Shown here one piece after another: positions 29,871-39,453 of a DNA stretch of 45,686 bases. Positions within the stretch are counted from its first letter, which is position 1. Each line of letters begins with the position of its first letter. The stretch lies in sequence record SRR2962707_3597; one strand, written 5' to 3'. A program made the translations under genes and the position numbers. Below the pieces are notes generated by a model, which saw nothing but the letters and a program-made list of their open reading frames with translations, was not told the DNA's origin and did no database searches.

Positions 29871-31226
29871 ATGACAGCCACGAAGGGGGCCGCGGCGGCG
29901 GTGCAAAGCCCCCAGCCGATTCCGGCGCAACGCGAGACCGACGACGGTGACGCCACCGGGCGCAAGAACATGCAGCAGTTGATCCAACTGCGCTGGATCG
30001 CCGTGCTGGGGCAGATCGGCACCATACTGCTGGTGCGGTTCGGCTTCGGCATTTCGCTGCCGATGGTGTTCATGCTGGCGGTGCTGGCGGGGTTGATCGG
30101 CTTCAACCTGCTGAGCATGCTGCGGCTGCGGTGGTTGCGCCGGGATGTCAGCAACGGTGAACTGTTCCTGGCGCTGCTGGTGGACGTGGCGACACTGACG
30201 ATGCAGCTTTACGCCAGCGGTGGCGCCACCAACCCCTTTATTTTCCTGTATCTGCTGCAGGTGGTGCTGGCGGCGGTGTTGCTGGAGGCATGGTCCACCT
30301 GGATCATCCTGCTGGTGACCGCGGGTTGTTTTGTCTGGCTGGAGTTCGCCGGGCTGCCCCTGGTGATGCCGCCGGATTACGAGCGCGGGCCGCTGAGCCT
30401 GTATATCCAGGGGATGCTGATCTGTTTTGTCCTGAATGCCGTGCTGCTGGTGATCTTTATCAGCCGTATCACCCGCAACCGGCGCGAGCGGGACGCGCGG
30501 CTGGCGGATCTGCGTCAGCGCGCCGCCGAGGGGGAGCACATCGTTCGCATGGGGCTGCTGGCGTCCGGCGCCGCCCACGAACTGGGGACGCCGCTGGCGA
30601 CGCTGTCGGTGATCCTGGGGGACTGGCGGCATATGCCGGTGTTCAAATCCGATCCGGATCTGCTCGACGAGATCACCGAAATGCAGACCCAGGTGCTGCG
30701 CTGCAAGTCCATCGTCAGCGGTATTTTGCTGTCCGCCGGTGAAGCCCGGGGTGAGTCCTCGGAAGAAACCACCGTGCATGCTTTCCTGGACGAGCTGGTG
30801 GAAGAGTGGCGGGCCACCCGCCCGGTGACCGGGTTCGATTATCACAACGCCTTTGGCGAGGATATGGATATCGTTTCCGACTCGGCGCTCAAACAAAGTT
30901 TGTGCAATGTATTGGATAATGCCCTGGAAGCCTCCCGTGACTGGGTGGGGCTGCAGGTGGGCCGTGACGGCGAATCCCTGATACTGACGGTTCTGGACCG
31001 GGGGCCGGGCTTCAGCGAGGAGATGCTTGGCCGTATTGGCCGTCCCTATCAATCCACCAAGGGGCGCCCCGGCAGCGGCCTGGGGCTGTTCCTGGTGGTT
31101 AATGTGGCGCGTACCCTGGGGGGTAACCTCACCGCCCGCAACCGGCCGCACAAAGGTGCCGAAGTGACGCTGACGTTGCCACTATCGGCGATTGCCCTGG
31201 AGGAGGAGCATGGTGAACGAGCATAA
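29871..31226 (+). CDS. RegB/PrrB/RoxS-family redox sensor histidine kinase
   Basis: LRWIA, quinone-site motif GGATNPF, H-box AAHELGTPL, RC redox cysteine, N-box DNA and G2 GLGLFL. Confidence 0.88.
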   Translation: MTATKGAAAAVQSPQPIPAQRETDDGDATGRKNMQQLIQLRWIAVLGQIGTILLVRFGFGISLPMVFMLAVLAGLIGFNLLSMLRLRWLRRDVSNGELFLALLVDVATLTMQLYASGGATNPFIFLYLLQVVLAAVLLEAWSTWIILLVTAGCFVWLEFAGLPLVMPPDYERGPLSLYIQGMLICFVLNAVLLVIFISRITRNRRERDARLADLRQRAAEGEHIVRMGLLASGAAHELGTPLATLSVILGDWRHMPVFKSDPDLLDEITEMQTQVLRCKSIVSGILLSAGEARGESSEETTVHAFLDELVEEWRATRPVTGFDYHNAFGEDMDIVSDSALKQSLCNVLDNALEASRDWVGLQVGRDGESLILTVLDRGPGFSEEMLGRIGRPYQSTKGRPGSGLGLFLVVNVARTLGGNLTARNRPHKGAEVTLTLPLSAIALEEEHGERA

Positions 31227-31770
31227 CCAGCATGAAGACAGCGCGGACACCCTGTTGATTGTCGAGGACGATGCCCCCTTTGCCCGCACCCTGGCCCGCT
31301 CTTTCGAGCGCCGCGGGTACGCGGTGATCAGTGCCGATGGCATGGAATCGATGATGACGCTGCTGGAGAGTCACTCACCCCGTTACGCGGTGGTGGATCT
31401 CAAGCTGAAGGGGGAGGCCACCGGGCTGTCCTGCGTCCAGGCCTTGCACGCCCATGATGAGGATATGCTGATCGTGGTGCTGACCGGTTACGCCAGTATC
31501 GCCACCGCGGTGGAGGCGGTGAAGCTCGGCGCCTGCCATTACCTCGCCAAGCCTTCCAATACCGATGACATCGAAGCCGCGTTTCATCGTGCCGACGGCA
31601 GCACCGAGGTGGAAGTGGTGGGACGGCCGACCTCGATCAAGACCCTCGAGTGGGAGCGCATCCACGAAACCCTGGCGGAAACCGGTTTCAACATTTCCGA
31701 AACCGCGCGCCGGCTCGGCATGCATCGCCGCACCCTGGCCCGCAAGCTGGGCAAACAGCAGGTGAAGTAG
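31210..31770 (+). CDS. RegA/PrrA/RoxR-family response regulator
   Basis: LTGYASIATAVEAVKLGA, LEWERI and Fis-type HTH NISETARRLGMHRRTL. Confidence 0.9.
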   Translation: MVNEHNQHEDSADTLLIVEDDAPFARTLARSFERRGYAVISADGMESMMTLLESHSPRYAVVDLKLKGEATGLSCVQALHAHDEDMLIVVLTGYASIATAVEAVKLGACHYLAKPSNTDDIEAAFHRADGSTEVEVVGRPTSIKTLEWERIHETLAETGFNISETARRLGMHRRTLARKLGKQQVK

Positions 31771-31796
31771 GGCGGCACGCTATTCGCCGGGGCGTG

Positions 31797-31825
31797 TTGC
31801 GCCCCGGCCCAGCACGTCCTAGAAT
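31797..31825 (+). promoter_or_regulatory. sigma70 promoter of trpL-trpE
   Basis: TTGCGC-N17-TAGAAT. Confidence 0.65.
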
Positions 31826-31858
31826 CCGGTCTCAATACAAAAAGCCGAAGGAAAGCCG

Positions 31859-31921
31859 GTGAGCCGCACCGACCTCCAAATCAAGTTCCTGCCCCGTTCC
31901 GTCGCCGCCTGGCGATGGTGA
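31859..31921 (+). CDS. trpL: Putative trp leader peptide MSRTDLQIKFLPRSVAAWRW
   Basis: GTG start after AAGGAA. Ends TGG CGA TGG TGA. Lies between the promoter and trpE. Too short for the ORF track. Confidence 0.75.
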   Translation: MSRTDLQIKFLPRSVAAWRW

Positions 31922-31975
31922 CGCTCTTCGCTTGCCGCTTCTACTGCCGATAGCGGCACCCCTCGCGTTTTATTT
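31900..31975 (+). promoter_or_regulatory. Attenuator-like hairpins
   Basis: Stem CGTCGCC/GGCGATG (31900-31917) overlaps the Trp codons. Stem TGCCGCT/AGCGGCA (31933-31958) is followed by TTTTATTT at 31968-31975. Confidence 0.5.
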
Positions 31976-32016
31976 CCGTCTACAATCTGTCGTCTGTATC
32001 AAGATCGGGGACCACC

Positions 32017-33507
32017 ATGTCACCACGAAATCTGGATGAGTATGCCCGCCAGGGTTACACCCGCGTACCGGTGGTACGCGAAGTGCTGGCGGATCTGGAC
32101 ACGCCGCTGTCCGCCTATCGCAAACTGGCCGCCGGGCCCTACAGCTACCTGTTCGAATCCGTGCAGGGCGGGGAGCGCTGGGGGCGCTATTCCATGATCG
32201 GCCTGCCAGCGGCGGAGGTGATCCGCATCCACGGCCAGCGCATTCTGATTACCGATGCCGACGGCGAGCGCCAGTTGGACGTGCCGGATCCGATCGCCTG
32301 GATCGAGGCCTACCGGCAGGAATACAACACCCCGGAGATCCCCGGTCTGCCCCGTTTCAACGGTGGTCTGGTGGGCTACTTCGGCTACGACAGCGTGCGC
32401 TACTTCGAGCCGCGTCTGGGGCCGGCGCCGGGGGAGGATGTGCTCGGCGTACCGGATATCCTGCTGATGCGCTCCGAGGAAGTGGTGGTGTTCGATAACC
32501 TGCGCGGCAGCCTGTTCCTGATCGTGCAGGTGGACCCGGCGGACAGCCACGCCGAAGGCCGGGCGCTGCGCCGTCTGGACGAGCTGGAGGCGAAGCTGCG
32601 GGCGCCGTTGTCCGAGCCCGGCCACCATCGCTATGGCGAACCGGTGGGAGAAGAGGATTTCGTCTCTGAGTTTCCCCGCGACCGGCATGGCCAGGCGGTG
32701 GAAACGATTCGTGAATACATCCTGGCGGGAGATGTGATGCAGGTGGTGCCAGCGCAGCGCATGAGCTGTGAATTCCCGGCACCGGCCATGGATCTTTATC
32801 GCGCTTTGCGCTATCTCAACCCTTCCCCGTACATGTTCTATCTGGACCTGGAAGATTTCCACATCGCCGGCTCCTCGCCGGAGATTCTCACCAGGGTCGA
32901 GGGCGATACCGTCACCGTGCGGCCCATCGCGGGTACCCGCAAACGGGGGGAAACGCCGGAGCGGGACCGGGAATTGGAAGAGGAACTGCTGGCGGATCCG
33001 AAGGAACTGGCCGAACACCTGATGCTGATCGATCTGGGCCGCAACGATGTCGGCCGGGTGGCCAAGCCAGGGGAGGTGAAGCTGACCGAGAAAATGGCGG
33101 TGGAGCGCTATTCCCACGTGATGCATATCGTCTCCAATGTGGAAGGCAAACTGCGCCCGGAACTGGGGCCGCTGGACGTGCTGCGGGCCACTTTCCCCGC
33201 CGGCACCCTGAGCGGCGCGCCGAAGATCCGCGCCATGGAAATCATCGACGAACTGGAACCCACCAAGCGCGGTGTCTACGGCGGCGCCGTGGGCTATATC
33301 GGCTTCGATGGCGACATGGACATGGCGATCGCCATCCGCACCGCGGTGGTCAAGGACGGCCGGCTTTACGTGCAGGCCGGCGGCGGCGTGGTGGCGGATT
33401 CCCAGCCCGATCTGGAATGGAAAGAGACCATGAACAAGGCCCGTGCCGTATTCCGCGCGGTGAACATGGCCCTGGGCGGGCTTAATCTGGACGAGGGGGA
33501 ACGCTGA
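32017..33507 (+). CDS. trpE: Anthranilate synthase component I
   Basis: [43 protein letters not shown] and [11 protein letters not shown] motifs. Confidence 0.96.
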   Translation: MSPRNLDEYARQGYTRVPVVREVLADLDTPLSAYRKLAAGPYSYLFESVQGGERWGRYSMIGLPAAEVIRIHGQRILITDADGERQLDVPDPIAWIEAYRQEYNTPEIPGLPRFNGGLVGYFGYDSVRYFEPRLGPAPGEDVLGVPDILLMRSEEVVVFDNLRGSLFLIVQVDPADSHAEGRALRRLDELEAKLRAPLSEPGHHRYGEPVGEEDFVSEFPRDRHGQAVETIREYILAGDVMQVVPAQRMSCEFPAPAMDLYRALRYLNPSPYMFYLDLEDFHIAGSSPEILTRVEGDTVTVRPIAGTRKRGETPERDRELEEELLADPKELAEHLMLIDLGRNDVGRVAKPGEVKLTEKMAVERYSHVMHIVSNVEGKLRPELGPLDVLRATFPAGTLSGAPKIRAMEIIDELEPTKRGVYGGAVGYIGFDGDMDMAIAIRTAVVKDGRLYVQAGGGVVADSQPDLEWKETMNKARAVFRAVNMALGGLNLDEGER

Positions 33508-34097
33508 TGCGGGTCTTGATGATCGATAACTATGACAGCTTCACCTATAACCTGGTCCAGTACCTGCAGGAACTGGGGGCCGAGGTGCTGGTGCATCGTA
33601 ATGACCAGATTGATCTGGCCGGGATGGAGACGGTGGGGGCGGACCGGCTGATGATCTCGCCGGGGCCCTGCTCGCCCAACGAGGCCGGTATTTCCGTGGA
33701 GGCGATTCGCCATTTCGCCGGCAAGCTGCCGATTCTCGGCGTCTGTCTGGGACATCAGTCCCTGGGGCAGGCGTTCGGTGGAGAGGTGGTGCGTGCCGGG
33801 CAAGTGATGCACGGCAAGACCTCGTCGGTGCACCATACCGGCCAGGGGGTGTTCGCCGGCCTGCCGAGCCCGTTCACCGCCACTCGCTATCATTCCCTGG
33901 TGGTGGCCCGGGAGACACTGCCCGAATGTTTTGAAATCACCGCCTGGACCGAGAATGAGCAGGGCGAAATGGAAGAGATCATGGGCATGCGCCATAAAGA
34001 GCTGCCCCTGGAAGGGGTGCAGTTCCATCCAGAGTCGATTCTGACCGAGCATGGCCACGCCATGTTGAAGAACTTTCTCGAGCACGGGGGGCAATAA
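33507..34097 (+). CDS. trpG: Anthranilate synthase component II (glutamine amidotransferase)
   Basis: [21 protein letters not shown] and GVQFHPES motifs. TGATG overlap with trpE. Confidence 0.95.
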   Translation: MRVLMIDNYDSFTYNLVQYLQELGAEVLVHRNDQIDLAGMETVGADRLMISPGPCSPNEAGISVEAIRHFAGKLPILGVCLGHQSLGQAFGGEVVRAGQVMHGKTSSVHHTGQGVFAGLPSPFTATRYHSLVVARETLPECFEITAWTENEQGEMEEIMGMRHKELPLEGVQFHPESILTEHGHAMLKNFLEHGGQ

Positions 34098-34099
34098 CA

Positions 34100-35143
34100 A
34101 TGAACATTCAGGACGCGCTGGCGCGGGTGGTGGAGCATATCGATCTGTCCACCGAGGAAATGCGGGAAGTAATGCGCCAGATCATGACCGGCGGTGCCAC
34201 CGACGCTCAGATCGGCGGTTTCCTGGTGGGGTTGCGGATGAAGAGCGAATCCCTGGACGAGATCACCGGTGCCGCCATGGTGATGCGCGAGCTGGTGAAA
34301 CCGGTGACCATCGAGAACCGCCGCCATCTGGTGGATATCGTCGGTACCGGCGGTGATGGTGCCAATCTGTTCAATGTATCCTCTGCCAGCGCCTTCGTCG
34401 CCGCCGCCGCCGGCTGCCGGGTGGCCAAGCACGGTGGCCGCTCGGTCAGTTCCAAAAGCGGCTCCGCGGACTTGCTGGAGGCCGCCGGTATCGATCTTGA
34501 CCTGACCCCGGAGCAGGTGGCCCAGTGCGTGGACGCGGTGGGAGTGGGGTTCATGTTCGCTCCCGGCCATCACAGCGCCATGAAATACGCCATCGGCCCG
34601 CGCAAGGAGCTGGGCATGCGCACACTGTTCAATATTCTCGGCCCGATGACCAATCCCGCCTCCGTCCAGAGGCTGGTGGTCGGCGTCTTCTCCGACCGGC
34701 TTTGCCGGCCCATGGCCGAAGTCATGGGACGCCTGGGCGCGGAGCACGTGATGGTGGTGCATGGCCATGATGGCCTGGACGAGATCACTCTGGCGGGGCG
34801 CACGCATGTGGCGGAATTCCGGGATGGTGAAGTACGGGAGTTCCAGATCACACCGGAAGACGTGGGCATCGAGTCCGATTCCCTGGTGGGGCTGGACGTG
34901 ACCGATCCCGAGGCGTCGCTGGCGCTGATCCGGGATGCGTTCGGCAAGCGCACCGGGCCGGTGTCGGCCAAGGCCGCGGACATGGTGGCCCTGAACGCCG
35001 GCGCGGCGATCTATGTGTCCGGGGTGACCCGCACACTGGCGGAAGGTGTGCGGATGGCGGATGATTTGATTCATAACGGTGAAGCCGCCGAGCGCATGCG
35101 GGAACTGGCCCAGTTTTGCCGTGCCTTGAAAGCGGCGGACTGA
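34100..35143 (+). CDS. trpD: Anthranilate phosphoribosyltransferase
   Basis: [33 protein letters not shown] and GLDE motifs. Confidence 0.96.
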   Translation: MNIQDALARVVEHIDLSTEEMREVMRQIMTGGATDAQIGGFLVGLRMKSESLDEITGAAMVMRELVKPVTIENRRHLVDIVGTGGDGANLFNVSSASAFVAAAAGCRVAKHGGRSVSSKSGSADLLEAAGIDLDLTPEQVAQCVDAVGVGFMFAPGHHSAMKYAIGPRKELGMRTLFNILGPMTNPASVQRLVVGVFSDRLCRPMAEVMGRLGAEHVMVVHGHDGLDEITLAGRTHVAEFRDGEVREFQITPEDVGIESDSLVGLDVTDPEASLALIRDAFGKRTGPVSAKAADMVALNAGAAIYVSGVTRTLAEGVRMADDLIHNGEAAERMRELAQFCRALKAAD

Positions 35144-35238
35144 GAGCGGCGGGTTGGACAGGATTTAACATAAGCCCTTTGAACATCCCCCGCCGGGAGC
35201 GTTCTAATGGGAGTGGCTTGACCACCCTCGATAAAGAA

Positions 35239-35261
35239 AGCGGGCCGGCGCACGGCCCGCT
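35239..35261 (-). terminator. Hairpin in the trpD-trpC spacer (minus-strand terminator-like)
   Basis: 9-bp stem AGCGGGCCG/CGGCCCGCT preceded by AAAGAA on +, so followed by a T-rich tract on -. Confidence 0.45.
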
Positions 35262-35280
35262 CAGACAGCCAGGAGCGGCC

Positions 35281-36075
35281 ATGAGCAACGGCACCATTCT
35301 TGATCGCATCATCGAACGTAAAGAGCAGGAGATCGCCGACGGCAAACGCCGTTACAGCATGGGGGATTTGCGGGCGCTGGCGGAGAATCAGCGTCGGGCG
35401 AGAGGTTTCCATCGCAAGCTGTATGATCGCGTGGCCGAGGGCAAACCGGCGGTGATCGCGGAAATCAAGAAAGCCTCCCCCAGCAAAGGGGTCATTCGTG
35501 AGGACTTCGATCCGGTGGATATCGCCCGGCGCTATGAGGAAAATGGCGCCGCCTGCCTGTCCGTGCTCACCGATCAGGAGTTCTTCCAGGGGCATGAGGA
35601 CTATCTGCGCGCCGCCCGTAACGCGGTGTCGTTGCCGGTACTGCGCAAGGATTTCATTGTTGACCCCTGGCAGGTGTTCGAAACCCGGGCCATGGGGGCG
35701 GACGCCATTCTTCTGATCGTGGCGGCACTGTCCGATGCTCAGATGGATGAGCTCTACCACGCCGCCCAGCAGGCCGGCTGTGATGTGCTGGTGGAAGTGC
35801 ACTCCGGTGAGGAGCTGGAGCGGGCGATGAAGCTGAACGTGGAAGTGGTCGGCATCAACAACCGCGACCTGCGCACCTTCGAAACCCGTCTGGACACCAC
35901 TCTGGAACTGGCTCCGCAAGTACCCGCCGATCACCTTGTGGTCACCGAGAGCGGCATCCACACCCGCGCCGACGTGCGCCTGATGCGTGACAACGGTATC
36001 CACGGTTTCCTGGTCGGCGAGGCCTTCATGCGCGAGGAAGACCCCGGCGCGGCGCTGAAAAAGCTGTTTTTCTAG
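35281..36075 (+). CDS. trpC: Indole-3-glycerol phosphate synthase
   Basis: IAEIKKASPSKG, LSVLTD, LRKDF, GINNRDL, ESGI and LVGE motifs. ATG 35281 follows AGGAG. Confidence 0.96.
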   Translation: MSNGTILDRIIERKEQEIADGKRRYSMGDLRALAENQRRARGFHRKLYDRVAEGKPAVIAEIKKASPSKGVIREDFDPVDIARRYEENGAACLSVLTDQEFFQGHEDYLRAARNAVSLPVLRKDFIVDPWQVFETRAMGADAILLIVAALSDAQMDELYHAAQQAGCDVLVEVHSGEELERAMKLNVEVVGINNRDLRTFETRLDTTLELAPQVPADHLVVTESGIHTRADVRLMRDNGIHGFLVGEAFMREEDPGAALKKLFF

Positions 36076-36226
36076 TTAATAGTGAACAGTGAATAGTTAG
36101 CAGCGAAAATCAAAAGCAAAGAAAAAGCCAAGAGGCCGCTCCAACTTCTGGACGCGGCCTCTTGGCTTTCAGTGTCCGCGGCGCTTTATCCGCGAGCTAT
36201 TCACTGTTCCCTATTAACTATTCGCT
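36074..36226. repeat. Heptamer-armed palindromic intergenic element, copy A
   Basis: Left arm AGTTAAT AGTGAAC AGTGAAT AGTTAGC AGCGAAA, 16-bp stem at 36124-36139/36154-36169, right arm ATTCACT GTTCCCT ATTAACT ATTCGCT. Homologous to 38508-38651. Confidence 0.85.
36124..36169. terminator. Bidirectional terminator-like hairpin (trpC/crp)
   Basis: AAAGCCAAGAGGCCGC / GCGGCCTCTTGGCTTT between convergent genes. Confidence 0.7.
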
Positions 36227-36233
36227 GCCTTCA

Positions 36234-36863
36234 TCAGCGCGTGCCATACACCACCATGGTCTTGCCCTTCACGGACACCAGGCCCTGTTCTTCCAGATTC
36301 TTCAGGACCCGGCCGACCATCTCGCGGGAGCAGCCGACGATCCGGCCGATCTCCTGGCGGGTGACCTTGATCTGCATACCATCAGGATGGGTCATGGCGT
36401 CGGGCTGCTTGCACAGGTCCAGCAGGGTGCCGGCGACCCGGCCGGTGACGTCAAGGAACGCCAGGTCGCCCACCTTGCGGGTGGTGGCGCGCAGACGGCC
36501 GGCCAGTTGCGCCGATACGGCGAACAGAATGTCGGCGTCTTCCCGGGTCAACTGACGGAATTTGGCGTAGCTCACCTCGGCCACTTCGCACTCGGTTTTC
36601 GCTTTCACCCAGGCGGAACGGGAAGGGTCGCTCTCGAACAGGCCCATTTCACCGAAGAAGTCACCTTCGTTGAGATACGCCATGATCATTTCGCGACCGT
36701 CGTCGTCCTCGATCATCACCGTGACCGAGCCACGGAGAATGTAATAAAGGGCGTCGGACTCATCGCCAGCGTAAATAATGGTGCTCTTCGCCGGATACCG
36801 CCGACGGTGGCAGTTGGCCAGAAAGTGGTCCAGATTGGGAATAATCTTGTTGCCGTCGCTCAT
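36234..36863 (-). CDS. crp: cAMP receptor protein CRP/Vfr
   Basis: [24 protein letters not shown] and [28 protein letters not shown]. Same position as Pseudomonas vfr. Confidence 0.95.
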   Translation of the reverse strand: MSDGNKIIPNLDHFLANCHRRRYPAKSTIIYAGDESDALYYILRGSVTVMIEDDDGREMIMAYLNEGDFFGEMGLFESDPSRSAWVKAKTECEVAEVSYAKFRQLTREDADILFAVSAQLAGRLRATTRKVGDLAFLDVTGRVAGTLLDLCKQPDAMTHPDGMQIKVTRQEIGRIVGCSREMVGRVLKNLEEQGLVSVKGKTMVVYGTR

Positions 36864-37134
36864 GGGGTCTCTGCTTAAGCCAGAAGAATGTCTTAGCCGA
36901 TTAAGCTCAAGGATATTGCCTGTTTTTCACATCGCTGCCAAGGGTAGGAGCCCGCGAGAGCTCGAAGGGGTGACGCCGGTCCGCTGTTGGGGGCGGGCGG
37001 AGGTGGTAAACAGGGTGGCGTGGAGACCATGAGCAGGCTCTAAGGGTATGGTCGCGGGGTCGCTCTGTGGTAATCTGCGCGCCCATTTGGGGGCGGGCCC
37101 GGCGGGCCGCTCCGGTGCCGAGCAGGAGTAGGTG

Positions 37135-37554
37135 ATGAAAGCTGTGGTTGAATGGCAGGGCGAAGCCTGTTTTCAGGCGGAATCCGGTTCCGGTCACACC
37201 ATCCTTATGGACGGTCCGCCCGATCATGGCGGCCAGAATCGCGGTGCGCGCCCGATGGAAACCCTGCTGATGAGCGTTGGCGGTTGTTCCGCGTTCGATG
37301 TGGTGCATATTCTGCGTAAATCCCGTCAGAACGTGACAGGCTGCCGCTGTGAGCTGAGCGCGGAGCGGGCGGAGGATGAAGTCCCCGCCGTATTCACCAA
37401 AATTCATTTGCACTTCGTGGTATCCGGCGAGGATCTCAAGGAGGCGCAGGTGAAACGGGCGGTGTCATTGTCGGCGGAGAAGTACTGCTCCGCGTCGATC
37501 ATGCTCACCCGTGGTGGTGTGGAGGTCACCCACAGCTATACCATCGAAGCCTGA
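37135..37554 (+). CDS. OsmC family protein (YhfA-like)
   Basis: SGSGH, RPME...GGCSAFDVV and SAEKYCSAS motifs. Divergent from crp. Confidence 0.9.
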   Translation: MKAVVEWQGEACFQAESGSGHTILMDGPPDHGGQNRGARPMETLLMSVGGCSAFDVVHILRKSRQNVTGCRCELSAERAEDEVPAVFTKIHLHFVVSGEDLKEAQVKRAVSLSAEKYCSASIMLTRGGVEVTHSYTIEA

Positions 37555-37696
37555 GCGGATACCCTTCGCCAAGGCGGCGAGGTGCCGGGCGGACCTGGGC
37601 CGGCGCCAAAAACCTGCGGATTCCCGGTGCGGTCAGCCGTATCCGGGGTTGAGTGAGTTAACCACGGGCGGTGACGACCGCCAACGGGGAAATGCG

Positions 37697-38500
37697 GTGG
37701 TAAAAGATCCCAATCCCAAGATTTCGGTGCACGGTTTCAACAACCTGACCAAGTCGCTCAGCTTCAATATTTTCGACATCGCCTACGCGAAGACCGAGCA
37801 GCACCGCAAGGAGTACATCGAGTACATCGATGAGCTCTACAACGCGGAGCGGTTGACTGAAATCCTCACCAACGTGACGCGCATCATTGGCGCCAACGTC
37901 CTCAACGTGGCCCGTCAGGACTACGATCCGCAGGGCGCCAGTGTGACCATGCTGATCGCGGAACACGAAACCCCGCCGAGCGGTACCGACTGGGACGAAG
38001 AAGCGCCCGGGCCGCTGCCGGACACGGTGGTGGCGCACCTGGACAAGAGCCATGTGACTGTCCACACCTATCCGGAATCCCATCCGGACAACGGTATCTC
38101 CACTTTCCGGGTGGATGTGGATGTGTCCACCTGTGGCGTGATCTCACCGCTGCGGGCGCTGAACTACCTGATTCACAGCTTCGACTCCGATATCGTCACC
38201 ATCGACTATCGGGTCCGCGGCATGACCCGGGATCTGGACGGCACCAAGCACTACATCGATCACGATATCACCTCGATCCAGAACTTCCTGGTGGAGGACA
38301 CGCAGAACGCCTACCAGATGATCGATGTCAACGTGTACCAGGAGAACATCTTCCACACCAAGATGCTGCTCAAGGACTTCGACATCGAAAACTACCTGTT
38401 CGGCGCCGGCAGCGACGAATTCGACGACGCCGAACTGGCCGAAATCAAGGAACGTCTGCAGACCGAAATGCTGGAGATTTTCTACAGCCGGAACATGTAA
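37697..38500 (+). CDS. speD: S-adenosylmethionine decarboxylase proenzyme
   Basis: [23 protein letters not shown], self-cleavage motif HLDK-SH and DVSTCG. GTG start at 37697 is inferred. Confidence 0.93.
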   Translation: MVKDPNPKISVHGFNNLTKSLSFNIFDIAYAKTEQHRKEYIEYIDELYNAERLTEILTNVTRIIGANVLNVARQDYDPQGASVTMLIAEHETPPSGTDWDEEAPGPLPDTVVAHLDKSHVTVHTYPESHPDNGISTFRVDVDVSTCGVISPLRALNYLIHSFDSDIVTIDYRVRGMTRDLDGTKHYIDHDITSIQNFLVEDTQNAYQMIDVNVYQENIFHTKMLLKDFDIENYLFGAGSDEFDDAELAEIKERLQTEMLEIFYSRNM

Positions 38501-38507
38501 AAAAAGC

Positions 38508-38651
38508 AGTGAAGAGTTAACAATTAACAGTTAACAGCGAAAATCAAAAGATAAAGAGGCCGCGCCCAACACCTGGACGCGGCCTCTTTCGTTGCAGCGT
38601 ACGGAGAAATTCATCCGCGCGCTATTCACTGTTAACTATTCACTGTTCACT
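38508..38651. repeat. Heptamer-armed palindromic intergenic element, copy B
   Basis: Left arm AGTGAAG AGTTAAC AATTAAC AGTTAAC AGCGAAA, stem AAAGAGGCCGCG/CGCGGCCTCTTT (38553-38589), right arm ATTCACT GTTAACT ATTCACT GTTCACT. Confidence 0.85.
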
Positions 38652-39318
38652 AGATCCTGTAGGTGGTGAGCGTCATCACCTTGCTCATCAGCGTCATGGC
38701 GCGGCGGATCGGGGTGGGGAGGGGAGCGCCGCCGGCGTCTTCGGCGGTGACGGCGTGTTTCAGCTCGTCTTCGCGCATCTGTTCAAGGATGGCACGGGTG
38801 CGGTGATCGGCGGCGGGCAGTTCGGACAGGTGGCGCTCCAGATGGCGCACCACCTGATGCTCGGTTTCCGAGACAAAGCCCAGGCTCCAGCGGTCTCCGG
38901 CCAGCCCGGCGCCGGCGCCGAGAGTGTAGCTCATGGCGTAGAACAGCGGATTCAGACGGCTGGGCACGCTGCCCAGTTCGCGGATACGGTCCTCGCACCA
39001 GGCCAGATGATCTTCCTCCTCCCGGGCGGCTTCCTCCATGGCATGGCGCACGTGGGGCAAGGTGGCGGTGCTGGCCTGGCCCTGATACAGCGCCTGGGCA
39101 CAGACCTCACCGGTGTGGTTGATACGCATCAGGCCGGCGATATGGCGCCGCTGCCGGGCGTCCAGGGCGGCGCTCGGGTCCTTGATGGCGGCTTCGTCAC
39201 CGCCGGGCTGGGCGGCGGGCTGCCGGGAGGCCCGGGTGGACCCGGGAGTGAGGGTGCGCAGCGCGTTGTCCACGCGGCTAAGCAATTGGTCCACTGGCGT
39301 CAGGTGACGACCCGTCAT
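38650..39318 (-). CDS. coq7: Demethoxyubiquinone hydroxylase Coq7
   Basis: [35 protein letters not shown] and MREDELKH (di-iron ligands). Confidence 0.93.
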   Translation of the reverse strand: MTGRHLTPVDQLLSRVDNALRTLTPGSTRASRQPAAQPGGDEAAIKDPSAALDARQRRHIAGLMRINHTGEVCAQALYQGQASTATLPHVRHAMEEAAREEEDHLAWCEDRIRELGSVPSRLNPLFYAMSYTLGAGAGLAGDRWSLGFVSETEHQVVRHLERHLSELPAADHRTRAILEQMREDELKHAVTAEDAGGAPLPTPIRRAMTLMSKVMTLTTYRI

Positions 39319-39453
39319 CACGACTTCTCCACGATGCTCACGGGGCGGATGGTAAGCCGGCCATGCCGATGTCCGTGGCGGACGGTGGCATGGCCGGGCC
39401 GATAGTGTAGCAGGCAACGCTCGCCATCGTCGCGGCGGCGCGCCTCACGCGGG

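Noticed and set aside
33500-33512. Tailocin/pyocin insertion at the trpE-trpG junction, a known site in P. aeruginosa
   Set aside because: trpE and trpG overlap directly (TGATG), so the site is empty.
36916-36931. CRP autoregulatory site upstream of crp
   Set aside because: Only the TCACA half-site matches. The other half (TTGCC) is too poor.
36944-36965. GTAGGAGC... as a second REP copy
   Set aside because: It lacks the palindrome seen at 6-28, and only 8 nt match.
37511-37696. Long N-terminal extensions in the ORF track for speD (also folB, rpe, trpC, cyoD, amgK, coq7)
   Set aside because: They overlap neighbouring genes or regulatory DNA. Family homology, and in most cases an RBS, points to the downstream starts.
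36074-38651. Heptamer elements as a CRISPR array
   Set aside because: There is no repeat-spacer periodicity and no cas genes. The units are 7 nt and contiguous.
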